Positions 1 to 8,581 are shown, counted from the first letter of the stretch. The stretch is 37,321 nucleotides of DNA from Gemmatimonadota bacterium (GCA_039586365.1 JBDHKN010000046.1:1-37321); one strand, 5' to 3'. The notes: generated by a model from the sequence alone, not told the origin. Program-made: numbers and translations.

Positions 1-119
1 GTCGTTTTCGAGCCGTAGTCAGCGGATGCGTCTCTGACATCATCGCGGCCAACATCAGCTCGCTTGACAGGTCCGATGCCCAACGCCAACAGGGCCAAAA
101 CAGTAATTACGAATCTCAT
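1..119 (-). CDS. Hypothetical exported protein, 5' part only (runs off window)
   Basis: AGGAG RBS then MRFVITVLALLALGIG..., signal-peptide-like; open to the window edge. Confidence 0.6.
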   Translation of the reverse strand, partial: MRFVITVLALLALGIGPVKRADVGRDDVRDASADYGSKT

Positions 120-129
120 CGTGAATCTC

Positions 130-414
130 CTAAGCAGAATCCCAACAGTAAGTCAATAGACACGCATCCTCAAGCGGTTCGTAGCACTCCCTGCATACGA
201 ACTCATCTCGCGTACATTCCCATAGGCACTGGCCCACCGCACAATCGTAACAGCATTCGTCGCACTCCGACGGGTGCATGTGGTACATCCAACAGTAGTT
301 GCACAGCAACTGCGCGTCTGGTTCGACCGGTGGCGCGACGCGGCAGGTCTGCGTGTCGAAATCGAGGCCGGTCGACATCATTGCGATCGCGGCCGTAAGT
401 ACGAGTCCGTTCAT
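130..414 (-). CDS. Cys-rich putative exported protein (94 aa, 13 Cys)
   Basis: GGAAGGA RBS before ATG 414; hydrophobic N-terminus; repeated CxxC/CxxxC. Confidence 0.65.
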   Translation of the reverse strand: MNGLVLTAAIAMMSTGLDFDTQTCRVAPPVEPDAQLLCNYCWMYHMHPSECDECCYDCAVGQCLWECTRDEFVCRECYEPLEDACLLTYCWDSA

Positions 415-455
415 TGCGGTTCCTTCCAATGCAACATAAGACTGGTTATAGGGCG

Positions 456-851
456 TTAGCCTTCAACCCGTTCCAAAAAGTCCTCAAATTCCTCTTCAAG
501 CTCCCACGGGTCGTAGTGGCATTCCCAATCTTCTCCGTAACGTGCCGTTGCCCACCCATTGAAACGTGCCGCCCACAACGCATGGGTGGCCGCGCGCGCA
601 CTGCGTGCGGCGCGCTCCTGGTCGGCGGCCTCATGGCAATAACAACAGACAAGCAGAAGATCGCCGTCGCGTTCGCGGCCCAAACGCGCATAGGATAGAT
701 GGTGCAGGTGCAGTTCGCCCTTTCCGAAGCGGAATTGTTTGCAACGTTCGCACCTATGCCCGCGGGATGCGATGATCGCCTTTCGCCGCTTTTTCCAGCC
801 TGATGACCGTAGATACGCAAGGTATTCGTCCGTCCAGTGTCGTTCGCCCAT
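456..851 (-). CDS. HNH endonuclease
   Basis: YLRSSGWKKRR..CERC..HLHHLSYARLGRE..LLLVCCYCH motif; start chosen at ATG 851. Confidence 0.85.
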   Translation of the reverse strand: MGERHWTDEYLAYLRSSGWKKRRKAIIASRGHRCERCKQFRFGKGELHLHHLSYARLGRERDGDLLLVCCYCHEAADQERAARSARAATHALWAARFNGWATARYGEDWECHYDPWELEEEFEDFLERVEG

Positions 852-859
852 TGACCCGG

Positions 860-1627
860 CTATTCTAGCCAACAATAAGTAGCATTGTCCCAGTCCACAC
901 AATCGGGAATCGAGCGCCGCCCAAACGTTGCCCGTGCCCGCCTTACCCCATCATGCCTGACAACATCCGTAGTGCGCATAAGGGTTGCCGCATATAGCGA
1001 TTCCTGCACAGCTCGTACCATGTCGGGCTTCGTGCTCCCGAAGTCCTCCCATAGCTTTAGTGCATGTCGAATTTCTTCGGCGGTAATCGGCGGGCACTCC
1101 CAGTGGCTCGCGTGCGCCCCAAGGCGTGCATAGTGCTCTACCCCGTCACGATCGACGGCATCCGGCAACATGCCATAATCCACCAGATGCGATACCATGC
1201 CCGCGAACAACAGAAGTGACGTATGGTCATCCTCAATCGTCCACATCGCATGATACATGCGCAGGTGCCCGAGAACCCCATCGCAGAAGTGCCTCGATGG
1301 CTGCTTTCCCAACCCATCAAGCGGACATAGCTGCGCTTCCACGAACGACCTAAGAGGATCGACGTAACGGTACCATTCCCGGTTCGACGCAACCCGCAAA
1401 TCATCAAAGCGCTTCTGCAATTCGCGTTCCCTAGTCAGACGGTCACCGGAAGCCACCACGGCCAACAGTTCCAATGTGTACGGTTGTCCATCCTGTATCT
1501 GCTTCAAGCGCCTTCCAACTCCTGCGCTTGTGCTTCCGATCTTGACGAGCGGCATATCACCACCCGCGGCACCCATTGGGCGCCTGAGTGCGAAATACAC
1601 GCAGCCCTTCGTGCGATGCGTCACCAT
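860..1627 (-). CDS. GIY-YIG-like T5orf172/MUG113 domain protein
   Basis: GCVYF..LVKIGST..RRLKQIQDGQPYTLELL..ERELQKRF..LRV..REWY in N-terminal ~100 aa. Confidence 0.85.
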   Translation of the reverse strand: MVTHRTKGCVYFALRRPMGAAGGDMPLVKIGSTSAGVGRRLKQIQDGQPYTLELLAVVASGDRLTRERELQKRFDDLRVASNREWYRYVDPLRSFVEAQLCPLDGLGKQPSRHFCDGVLGHLRMYHAMWTIEDDHTSLLLFAGMVSHLVDYGMLPDAVDRDGVEHYARLGAHASHWECPPITAEEIRHALKLWEDFGSTKPDMVRAVQESLYAATLMRTTDVVRHDGVRRARATFGRRSIPDCVDWDNATYCWLE

Positions 1628-1658
1628 GGTCCTATATTCCTCTGCAACATAACGAGTA

Positions 1659-1865
1659 TTATGAGACGTCAGCTACGGTACTGACTACCGCCAACGATTT
1701 CGTATCGCACCCTAGAACGAGAATGTCATCCCCGTCATCTCGCCGTTCCCAGTAGACCGAAGTCACCGGTATGCCACGGCCTGTTGACGCCAGCGGCCTT
1801 ACTCGGAGTTCAGCGCGCCACGGCGTTCCGATCGTTTTCGCCAACAAGTCCTGTACGGTTACCAT
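1659..1865 (-). CDS. Hypothetical protein
   Basis: GGGAG RBS, co-oriented with operon. Confidence 0.6.
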   Translation of the reverse strand: MVTVQDLLAKTIGTPWRAELRVRPLASTGRGIPVTSVYWERRDDGDDILVLGCDTKSLAVVSTVADVS

Positions 1866-1878
1866 CCCATTCTCCCTA

Positions 1879-2091
1879 GCCCGCGGCGCCTCGCGGTCGA
1901 CGCCGCGGGCCTCAGCAGCTACGGCCTAGCGAACGACTCCGAACGCTAGGACTTTGTAAGCAAAAGCGGGAGCCGAGCATTTCGGGCACTCCCGCCCGCA
2001 GCCAATTCAGCGAAGAATACAGGCTGCACTCAATAGCCCGCGGCCGACACCCCTATGACTCCAGCCGGTCGGCCCCTCTTCGGCTATCCAC
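1879..2091 (-). ncRNA. Structured intergenic RNA/3'UTR with five consecutive hairpins
   Basis: Stems 1879-1888/1901-1910, 1925-1931/1944-1950, 1966-1972/1989-1995, 1998-2003/2022-2027, 2033-2038/2082-2087 enclosing 2042-2048/2068-2074. Confidence 0.45.
1962..1995 (-). terminator. Putative intrinsic terminator
   Basis: GCGGGAG..CTCCCGC hairpin followed by TTTTG on the minus strand. Confidence 0.5.
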
Positions 2092-2110
2092 CCACGCGGG
2101 CCTGTACGAA

Positions 2111-2224
2111 CTAGAAGCCGAGCTTGAGCATGAACCCAGCCCATTCGATCCCGAGCTGCATCAGAGCATTCTGAAGAATCGCTGTAACCGCAGCCACGAA
2201 TTCGGCTATCCACGTTGCTAACAT
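2111..2224 (-). CDS. Small hydrophobic peptide (37 aa), not in ORF track
   Basis: GGAG-N7-ATG; MLATWIAEFVAAVTAILQNALMQLGIEWAGFMLKLGF*. Confidence 0.65.
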   Translation of the reverse strand: MLATWIAEFVAAVTAILQNALMQLGIEWAGFMLKLGF

Positions 2225-2264
2225 TTGGTTTCTCCAAAACTGAAGGTCTCTTGTCCGTCTACGT

Positions 2265-2612
2265 CTAGGCTTCCCCCTCTACCCGACAATCCGGGCATAG
2301 GCCAAGCCATGTCCAGCTTGAGCCGAAATCATCCGGCTGAAGATCCGTCCAGCCGTTCAACAGGGCTTGTTCCTTGCTCGGTTCGTTCATACCAGCGTCA
2401 CACGGCCCTGAGCACATCAGGGAAAACGTGCATTCAGAACAGGCTACAGTATCATATGCGCCCTCCCCGGTGTCATCTCCACCGCCACAGTTGCACGCTA
2501 ATTCGCCAGGGCACTTCCACCGCCGCTGGCATTTCTCGCAAGCGTGCCACGGGCGCCCGGCTGGAGTTACCAGCCGTTTACGCTTGGGTGTTATGATGGT
2601 CGTCTCCGCCAT
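2265..2612 (-). CDS. Hypothetical Cys-rich (Zn-binding) protein
   Basis: Multiple CxxC (CEKC, CSEC, CPDC); operon position. Confidence 0.6.
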   Translation of the reverse strand: MAETTIITPKRKRLVTPAGRPWHACEKCQRRWKCPGELACNCGGGDDTGEGAYDTVACSECTFSLMCSGPCDAGMNEPSKEQALLNGWTDLQPDDFGSSWTWLGLCPDCRVEGEA

Positions 2613-2635
2613 TGTTCCGCGGCTAGGTGGCCGCC

Positions 2636-3043
2636 TCAGCAAGTCCGCACGGCCTTTACGATGACCGCCACTCCGGATCTGTCAGCCCAGAGCTTCGCTG
2701 AATCTTCCCGCCGATAAATCCGCGAGTCGTTTTTCACTATGCGCGCCAACTGTAACACATCGTCCATTTGCTTCTCTAAGTTTCCGAGGTCTGGAATCGT
2801 TATCTTTGGCTGCGCTGGCTGCGCCCGGAACTTCTTGCTGTGTGTCTTTGCCCACGCGAAATAGAACGTATACGACACGACAACCGGGCGATCCAGCGCA
2901 GGTCGTGGCGCATGCTTTCGCGCATGCACTGCAAGGGCTTCGGCATTAGCTTTGATAGCCTTGTCGGTATAACCGCCATGCCGCGCCTTCCGAAAGCTCT
3001 GCTTTGGCAGCACTTCAATCGGGATAAAGAACTCAATCGCCAT
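2636..3043 (-). CDS. rusA: RusA family Holliday junction resolvase
   Basis: PKQSFR..., PDLGNLEKQMDDVL..IVKNDSRI motif; K-W-A C-terminal strand. Confidence 0.85.
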   Translation of the reverse strand: MAIEFFIPIEVLPKQSFRKARHGGYTDKAIKANAEALAVHARKHAPRPALDRPVVVSYTFYFAWAKTHSKKFRAQPAQPKITIPDLGNLEKQMDDVLQLARIVKNDSRIYRREDSAKLWADRSGVAVIVKAVRTC

Positions 3044-3114
3044 TCCGCTGCTCGCAGATAAAGGTCCGAATGTACCAGCCAACGGCCAGGGCGCAGCCGA
3101 TCGCTATCACCGCG

Positions 3115-3345
3115 TCAAACTGGGTCGCTATGTTTAGCTTCCTCGGGCTCAAATACTTCGACCGTTGTCACCTCATGGATAATATGGATCTCATCCCGGC
3201 CCGGTTTCCCGAACCCGCGCGTGGCATCCGCGCGAGCGGCTTCAATCGCAGCACGCCGATCCTTGCATGATAGCATACAGCCATACTCCCCCTCCTCGAG
3301 CCACCATATCGACTCGAACCATAAATCACTACCCGCGTTAGCCAC
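3115..3345 (-). CDS. Hypothetical protein
   Basis: Overlap-coupled small ORF in early operon. Confidence 0.6.
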   Translation of the reverse strand: MANAGSDLWFESIWWLEEGEYGCMLSCKDRRAAIEAARADATRGFGKPGRDEIHIIHEVTTVEVFEPEEAKHSDPV

Positions 3346-3550
3346 CGCTCTTCTCCATCGCCTCGCGGGCGAGACGATCTAGCACGGCGAGCATGCTTTC
3401 CGCCAAGACCACATCGAAGGCGTGGCCGTCCTCATCGTAGCGCAGAATCGCCTTCAGCATCGCCAGCAGCGTCGGCACGTGACCACGCACGGATGACGGG
3501 GCCATATCCTTCTCCACCTGCTCCAGATACGTTTCGAGGTCACTGGGCAT
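3338..3550 (-). CDS. Hypothetical protein
   Basis: AGGAG RBS, overlap-coupled. Confidence 0.65.
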   Translation of the reverse strand: MPSDLETYLEQVEKDMAPSSVRGHVPTLLAMLKAILRYDEDGHAFDVVLAESMLAVLDRLAREAMEKSGG

Positions 3551-3770
3551 CGGGGGCTCCTAGCACATCCTCTAGGCGCACATACCGGCACGGCTCATAA
3601 TGCGGCCGTCCATTACAACTAAACACTTCAACTGCCGCTCTGACCGTTCCCACTTTTCGCACGATACCCGTCATCGTCGCCGGCTTATCGCCGCCTTTCG
3701 CCACGTTGCCGCTTCGGCGCGTGAACGCTACCTCATCGCCGACCTGAGGCTTGCGCGTGTCGGTGGTCAT
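3540..3770 (-). CDS. Hypothetical protein (SH3-like beta-barrel possible)
   Basis: PQVGDEVAF...GIVRKV pattern; ATGA coupling. Confidence 0.65.
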   Translation of the reverse strand: MTTDTRKPQVGDEVAFTRRSGNVAKGGDKPATMTGIVRKVGTVRAAVEVFSCNGRPHYEPCRYVRLEDVLGAPDAQ

Positions 3771-3952
3771 TTCGGCTTCACTGCTCGCTTGATGGCGTTG
3801 TCAACGATCTTGCCGCACCGCTTACATAAGTCAGCATCGCTTGGTGTGCCTATCGCCTTGCCGTCTTGATCGAAACGGCCAATGCGCTGTGCCGTAGCCT
3901 TAAAGCTATCGCACCGCCCACATATCTTGTCTCCCGGTTGCGGATCTGGCAT
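3767..3952 (-). CDS. Hypothetical Zn-finger protein
   Basis: CGRC...CKRC; AAGGAG RBS. Confidence 0.65.
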   Translation of the reverse strand: MPDPQPGDKICGRCDSFKATAQRIGRFDQDGKAIGTPSDADLCKRCGKIVDNAIKRAVKPK

Positions 3953-4203
3953 TACTTCGGCTCCTTGTAAGCATCACGTATAACTTCGTGTATGTCATAC
4001 GGCGACACAATAACGTCCGAATCATCTGCGTATACAACCCGGAACCACGTCATATAGCCGCCGTTTCCTGCAACATCGCACGGGACAATGGCCCCGACGC
4101 CCTCTTCTTCGACCGCATAGCACGCCCGCTCACCGCACTCGCCGCGCGGAATTCCGTGAATAGCCGTAATGGGTCCACCGGTTTTGAATACGCATGGCAT
4201 CAT
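3952..4203 (-). CDS. Hypothetical protein
   Basis: Coupled to flanking genes. Confidence 0.6.
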   Translation of the reverse strand: MMPCVFKTGGPITAIHGIPRGECGERACYAVEEEGVGAIVPCDVAGNGGYMTWFRVVYADDSDVIVSPYDIHEVIRDAYKEPK

Positions 4204-4901
4204 TCGGGCTCCCTGTAGCCGTGCTCAACGAGCGCGGCGTGTAGCTGTGTATTGAACGCGGCGACGGCCGCCGCGAGCTTGTCGATTACTGTCTCATCGC
4301 GCTCCATCCGTTCTACGACGGCTGGCAGGCTCTTGCCGGTCCTCTTGCTGGTCGGATGAAAGCTGATGGCGTCGCACCATTGGCGTTCGCAGATCCACAG
4401 CCCACCCTGAATTTGTAAGCGGTGGTCCTGCGCTATCGATGGCGGGCGGGGCTCTCCGCGGCGTTTCTTCGTGCGTAGCGGTGCGAATGCTTGTTCTAGT
4501 GCCGTATACCAGTCAGATAGCCAATAGCGCGTATGATTCAGCATCATCAGCACTTTGATCTCGATCATCCCGTCATCACCGACAAGGCCGTCCGGCGAGC
4601 AGCCTGCTATGCCATTGGTAACGAACCCGACTTGCCGTACTTCGGTAAAGTGCTCTAGCTCGTACCAGGCCCGCGCTTGGTCTTCAAACTCGTGGCCGCG
4701 CCCCATCCATTGTGCGGTCGCCTCGGTCAGCGGCCCGCCAACGTCCCACTCGTCTATCTTTTCGCATAGATAACCGAACGCCGCCGCGGACGGTTCTAAT
4801 TCCACCGGCGTCAGGATGCGATCGAAGCATGACGCCGTAGGCACCTCGCTTCGCAGCGCAAACCACTGTTCAGAACCTTGTTTGCAGTCATGCTCGGTCA
4901 T
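4200..4901 (-). CDS. YqaJ/lambda exonuclease family recombination nuclease
   Basis: QGSEQWFALR..TAS, MGRGHEFEDQAR, GCSPDGLV..IEIK, QIQGGLWI. Confidence 0.93.
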   Translation of the reverse strand: MTEHDCKQGSEQWFALRSEVPTASCFDRILTPVELEPSAAAFGYLCEKIDEWDVGGPLTEATAQWMGRGHEFEDQARAWYELEHFTEVRQVGFVTNGIAGCSPDGLVGDDGMIEIKVLMMLNHTRYWLSDWYTALEQAFAPLRTKKRRGEPRPPSIAQDHRLQIQGGLWICERQWCDAISFHPTSKRTGKSLPAVVERMERDETVIDKLAAAVAAFNTQLHAALVEHGYREPE

Positions 4902-5722
4902 GTGCCTTTCTTTCGCGCATCGTCGATAGCCTTTTGAATCTTGCCGGCATACTCATCGAAGCGCACGGCGGGAATATCGGCGAGTGATAGCGGTCCATCG
5001 ATCTGACCGTGTACGCTATCATCCCAAGCGCCAGTAGCTTTTAACAGCTTAGTCTTCCAGGCTTCAACCTTCTCCTTAACGCCATCAGTCACCTGGATAA
5101 TCAGATCGTTCAATTGGTTGGCCTGCTCTTCGGTGATGGTCTCGGGGGGCTCGGCATCGCCCGCGCCGTCGGTGTCCTCGCCAACGATCCGCAAGCCGGC
5201 CGCGTTGATAAAGGCTCGACGCTTCGCATAGGTCTCCGCGGCGCCGCCCTTCTGGGCGCCACTCAGACCCCCACGACTTTCACGATCGGCCGTATACTTC
5301 GTTGCCTCGCTATGGCCGCCGCGATGGTCGAGGATACACGCCACCGTCACACTCTCGCCGTCCTTTGTTACGTCCCCGTAACGCCGGGCGAGCCCGTGCT
5401 TGTGCAAAAACGGCATAGCAATACGTTCGCAGTCCTCCAGTGGCGGGTAGTCATAGGCATACGTGCCCTTTTGCGTGACAATCGTAGCTGTCGAGCTTTT
5501 CGGTATCGGCGGGCAGTCGGCCTGAAATGCTATAAGTGCGTCCGTGAATGCCTGCTTCGCAAGTCTATTGTCAACCCGCTCAGCGGCATCAAGAAGTCGG
5601 TTAAGCTCTTCGGCGCCGATCTTTTTAGCAATAGCCGTTTCGATGGTCGCTAGGAACGGGTTCGCCGGGTTGAACTGCGCCAGCGGCGCGGCTTCCTTTT
5701 TCTCGATTGCGGTGTCAGTCAT
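4898..5722 (-). CDS. erf: ERF family single-strand annealing protein
   Basis: FQADCPPIPK..YAYDY..LE, CILDHRGGHSE, QKGGAAETYAKR..GEDTDG; adjacent to YqaJ. Confidence 0.9.
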   Translation of the reverse strand: MTDTAIEKKEAAPLAQFNPANPFLATIETAIAKKIGAEELNRLLDAAERVDNRLAKQAFTDALIAFQADCPPIPKSSTATIVTQKGTYAYDYPPLEDCERIAMPFLHKHGLARRYGDVTKDGESVTVACILDHRGGHSEATKYTADRESRGGLSGAQKGGAAETYAKRRAFINAAGLRIVGEDTDGAGDAEPPETITEEQANQLNDLIIQVTDGVKEKVEAWKTKLLKATGAWDDSVHGQIDGPLSLADIPAVRFDEYAGKIQKAIDDARKKGT

Positions 5723-5912
5723 GGCACGTCTCCTCTAATGCCGCGGCTACGTTGTCCATCTTCGTTTTGTACCGCAGTAGCGCCTCGAAGACGGGCGGCT
5801 CAAGTGCGATCCGCGTCGAATCATCTTGGCCACGCAGATCGAGCCATACGTGATAGCCGTCGAAAGACGCATAGACGCCGTCACCAAGATATTCGTCATG
5901 CGTTCGGGGCAT
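5715..5912 (-). CDS. Hypothetical phage protein
   Basis: AGGAG RBS; YLGDGVYASFDGYHVWL..IALEP. Confidence 0.75.
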   Translation of the reverse strand: MPRTHDEYLGDGVYASFDGYHVWLDLRGQDDSTRIALEPPVFEALLRYKTKMDNVAAALEETCHD

Positions 5913-5915
5913 CAC

Positions 5916-6130
5916 TTACTCCTGTTTCACCGTCCGGCTCCGCGGAATGAAAATCGCGCCCGCCCCGAGTTGCTGCTGGGCATCCAGGGCGGGCGCTCGT
6001 GGTTTTGCGGACCGGAGGGGAGGTCCGCAATAAGGGGGTCACAAACAGGAAGGGCCATAGGCCCAACACACAACAGGCAGACCACAGGCAGTCGGTCCCG
6101 CGACGCCCTTGGCCTCCGCGAATTAGTCCG
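5916..6130 (-). promoter_or_regulatory. Structured leader/attenuator upstream of recombination genes
   Basis: Hairpins 5956-5965/5987-5996 (followed by ATTTT on minus), 6005-6013/6022-6030; anti-RBS 6043-6050 complementary to 5920-5927. Confidence 0.4.
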
Positions 6131-6367
6131 TTAGGAATCAGGATATTGCCTGCATTTCTGCTCATGACACTCTACTCGTGCGGCTTCCACCGGTTTTGTA
6201 AGTGTCCGCTGTATAAACGCCCGCTTGGCTATAGCATCGCCCGGGGACAGATGGTTCAAGACTGCGTCGACTGCGAGGACTAGATGATCTAGGCGCACCG
6301 TCAGCCGCTCGCATGCGTCTTGCAGCCGGACCAGTTCGTCATCGTTTGGGAATTTAGTCCCGCCCAT
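6131..6367 (-). CDS. Hypothetical protein
   Basis: GGAG RBS before ATG 6367; helical composition. Confidence 0.6.
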   Translation of the reverse strand: MGGTKFPNDDELVRLQDACERLTVRLDHLVLAVDAVLNHLSPGDAIAKRAFIQRTLTKPVEAARVECHEQKCRQYPDS

Positions 6368-6566
6368 GGTGCTCAACTCCGTTTGAGATGGGCGGGCACG
6401 TCCCGCCGTCCGTGGCTGCGCCAATATCATTAAGTATTCGTTGCCAATACGGCCACGCGGCTGCGAGCACGCGATTCCAATGTGCATCACAGAAACGCCC
6501 AGCCATGAAGCTCATTCGTCGCCGTTGGCCATAGACTCGGCAGTTGTGAAACTCGCAATAGTTCAC
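6354..6566 (-). CDS. Hypothetical protein
   Basis: GTGA overlap with upstream stop, GGAG RBS. Confidence 0.5.
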   Translation of the reverse strand: MNYCEFHNCRVYGQRRRMSFMAGRFCDAHWNRVLAAAWPYWQRILNDIGAATDGGTCPPISNGVEHHGRD

Positions 6567-6817
6567 TCCATCGGCTCCAGGGCTGCTTCGAGTTCTTCGC
6601 GCAGCGGGTGGTTGTCCGGCAAATCACGGTCATTCAGCTCAACAAACGCTTTTTCAATCAGGGTTCGTAGCGTGCCCCGCTCGGCCTCGACGGCGGCGAG
6701 CTTGGCGTCCGGAGCGTGATGGGCCACGCAACGACTACCAGAGACCAGCTGCAGCGTGACGCGCATGTGTTCTAGGCATCCGCAGGCGTGCTCTATCGTC
6801 ATCATGTGCTCAGGCAT
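6563..6817 (-). CDS. Hypothetical protein
   Basis: GGAG RBS, coupled; HACGC motif. Confidence 0.6.
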   Translation of the reverse strand: MPEHMMTIEHACGCLEHMRVTLQLVSGSRCVAHHAPDAKLAAVEAERGTLRTLIEKAFVELNDRDLPDNHPLREELEAALEPME

Positions 6818-7349
6818 CGGGGGGCTCCGTAAGGGAAAGTGCCTTTATCTCGTCGGCGACGTCGCGGCAAGCCGAGCCGCCCGGATAATCACCTTCGCTA
6901 ATTTGCTTGTTGCGGTGCCAATTTGCGACGGCCCAGCAACGCTGTTTCATGGCCGCCGCGCCCATTTCATACTCGCTCGCCTCGCTCACCTCTTCCGGTT
7001 CGGCGTCAATGGCGGCAAGGACAGCGTCAATATCGGCTTTGCCGGAACCCCACTTGCCTGACAACGTCTGCCGAACCGCCGCCTTGCACCGCTCCCGCTC
7101 CGCCAGCTCCGCGGCGCGGATGGGGTCGGGGTCGGGCTCGGCCGCGATATGGTGCGCTCTGTAGCCGCCCTCATTAACAATATCCGGTAGAGCTACGATG
7201 AACCGCGGGCCAGCGCCGTGATACAAGCACGCTTCGGCCTTACATCGCGCGAGGCGATCCTGCGAACGTAGTATAATTCCGACCGTCTCCCCGTCCTTCA
7301 ACTCAATCACGATCGGTTCGCGTTCGGTGGTCATTTGGTCAGCCCCCAC
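6810..7349 (-). CDS. Hypothetical protein
   Basis: AGGAG RBS before GTG; AERERCKA / MKQRCWAVA repeats typical of phage early proteins. Confidence 0.7.
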   Translation of the reverse strand: MGADQMTTEREPIVIELKDGETVGIILRSQDRLARCKAEACLYHGAGPRFIVALPDIVNEGGYRAHHIAAEPDPDPIRAAELAERERCKAAVRQTLSGKWGSGKADIDAVLAAIDAEPEEVSEASEYEMGAAAMKQRCWAVANWHRNKQISEGDYPGGSACRDVADEIKALSLTEPPDA

Positions 7350-7436
7350 GCCGTTTCTCCTGTTCCGGGGTCCCAGAGCCCAAGCGATCCGCTACAATGC
7401 GACAGCGACGCAGAGAACGTCTCCAGCGACGTCCTG

Positions 7437-7702
7437 TGCGCCCACGCTTGGCGGCTGTAAGGCCCGTATTCGGAGTCATTCAGGCTGGGCAACCGGGGGC
7501 GCAACGGTGATGTAAGTCGTTGTCTGACAAGGGATTGCGCGTTGTAGACCCGGTCCCTTACAAGGAGGAGGTCGTCGGTTCGAGTCCGGCATCGCCCATC
7601 GTAAACCCTTGTCTCGTAAGCACTTATAGTCGCGTCCGAATTCGCCCGCTTGCTTGCGCCCACGCTTCCGGGGCTTGCGCCCACGGTTCCATCTGTCCCA
7701 CG
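7437..7702 (+). other. Phage attachment site attP (core plus arm- and IHF-like sites)
   Basis: tRNA 3'-half core, flanking imperfect 28-bp inverted repeats 7512-7539/7600-7627, TGCGCCCACG direct repeats at 7437, 7655, 7676; tyrosine integrase 1.2 kb away. Confidence 0.85.
7554..7598 (+). other. 3' half of tRNA-Val(TAC) (att core; not a complete tRNA gene)
   Basis: Anticodon loop CTTACAA (TAC 7559-7561), GGAGG, T-arm GTCGG-TTCGAGT-CCGGC, acceptor strand ATCGCCCA; no D-arm or GGGCGAT 5' strand upstream. Confidence 0.88.
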
Positions 7703-7758
7703 TCCGTACAACTTCCCGTTGAATCGGAAAAAGATATTAGATTTATTCCGGATTTCGC

Positions 7759-7786
7759 TGGACACGTCGCCAAAACATAGTATAAT
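7759..7786 (+). promoter_or_regulatory. Sigma70-like promoter for rightward cassette and integrase
   Basis: TGGACA-N16-TATAAT with AT-rich upstream tract. Confidence 0.65.
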
Positions 7787-7840
7787 ATATGTAGAGCGAT
7801 GAGGGAAACCCAAAACAACCAAACGAGAAAGGGCGGAACG

Positions 7841-8320
7841 ATGAAGACGACAACGACAACCGACAAGAGAACATGCGGAACGCTTCGAGGGCTGGCGATG
7901 GAGGCCGAGACGGCTTGCGACTGGGGCCTGGCGGCCGACTTCTGGAAGCAAGCCCTCGCAGCATATCCGAGTAGCCAGTGCGGACAGCTCGTGGACGCTG
8001 ATAAACGCAACATCCGCCAGCATATCGCGGACTGCGAGTCTTCGGCGATGGATCGCTGGGCATCGGAAGGTGGCGACGAAACACAGCGCAAGCTGTCGGC
8101 TGCCCGAATCAATGCTGCCCACGCCGATGCGAAGGTTGTCGAATATCGCACAGCCTACAACAGCTACGCCGAGTGGAATGCCCGCAAACGCGACGCTGCC
8201 GAGAATCTGGACTGGTGGATCGGCAAGGCAGCCGCCCTTGAGATCACGATCAAGAATCTGGAGCAGGACGCGGCGGACGATGCCGAATTCAAAACCGCTT
8301 GGCTGCCCCTGCTTCGCTAA
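7841..8320 (+). CDS. Hypothetical helical/coiled-coil protein
   Basis: AAGGG RBS, first gene after promoter. Confidence 0.75.
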   Translation: MKTTTTTDKRTCGTLRGLAMEAETACDWGLAADFWKQALAAYPSSQCGQLVDADKRNIRQHIADCESSAMDRWASEGGDETQRKLSAARINAAHADAKVVEYRTAYNSYAEWNARKRDAAENLDWWIGKAAALEITIKNLEQDAADDAEFKTAWLPLLR

Positions 8321-8368
8321 CCCTAACCCCACCCGCCCCCGGCCGTCCGGGGGGGACGGAGAAAGATC

Positions 8369-8581
8369 ATGAACGGCAGGCAAGTCACAGCCACTATCAG
8401 GCGGATCAATTGGGATAGCTTGGTGGTGCGTGTACGACGTTCGCCACGAGACGAGCTTGCGCTCCCGCTCGGCCATGGCGAGGATTGTCTTCGTGTGCTG
8501 GACGGGGCTCAGGTCGGTGGTCGCGTACTCTGCCGACGCCGAACCAATGACCCATATTTGCGCATCGAACATATTTGTTAA
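8369..8581 (+). CDS. Hypothetical protein
   Basis: GGAG RBS after hairpin. Confidence 0.65.
   Translation: MNGRQVTATIRRINWDSLVVRVRRSPRDELALPLGHGEDCLRVLDGAQVGGRVLCRRRTNDPYLRIEHIC

Noticed and set aside
7520..7600. Complete phage tRNA-Val gene
   Set aside because: No D-arm or 5' acceptor strand; anticodon stem pairs only partly; it is an att core
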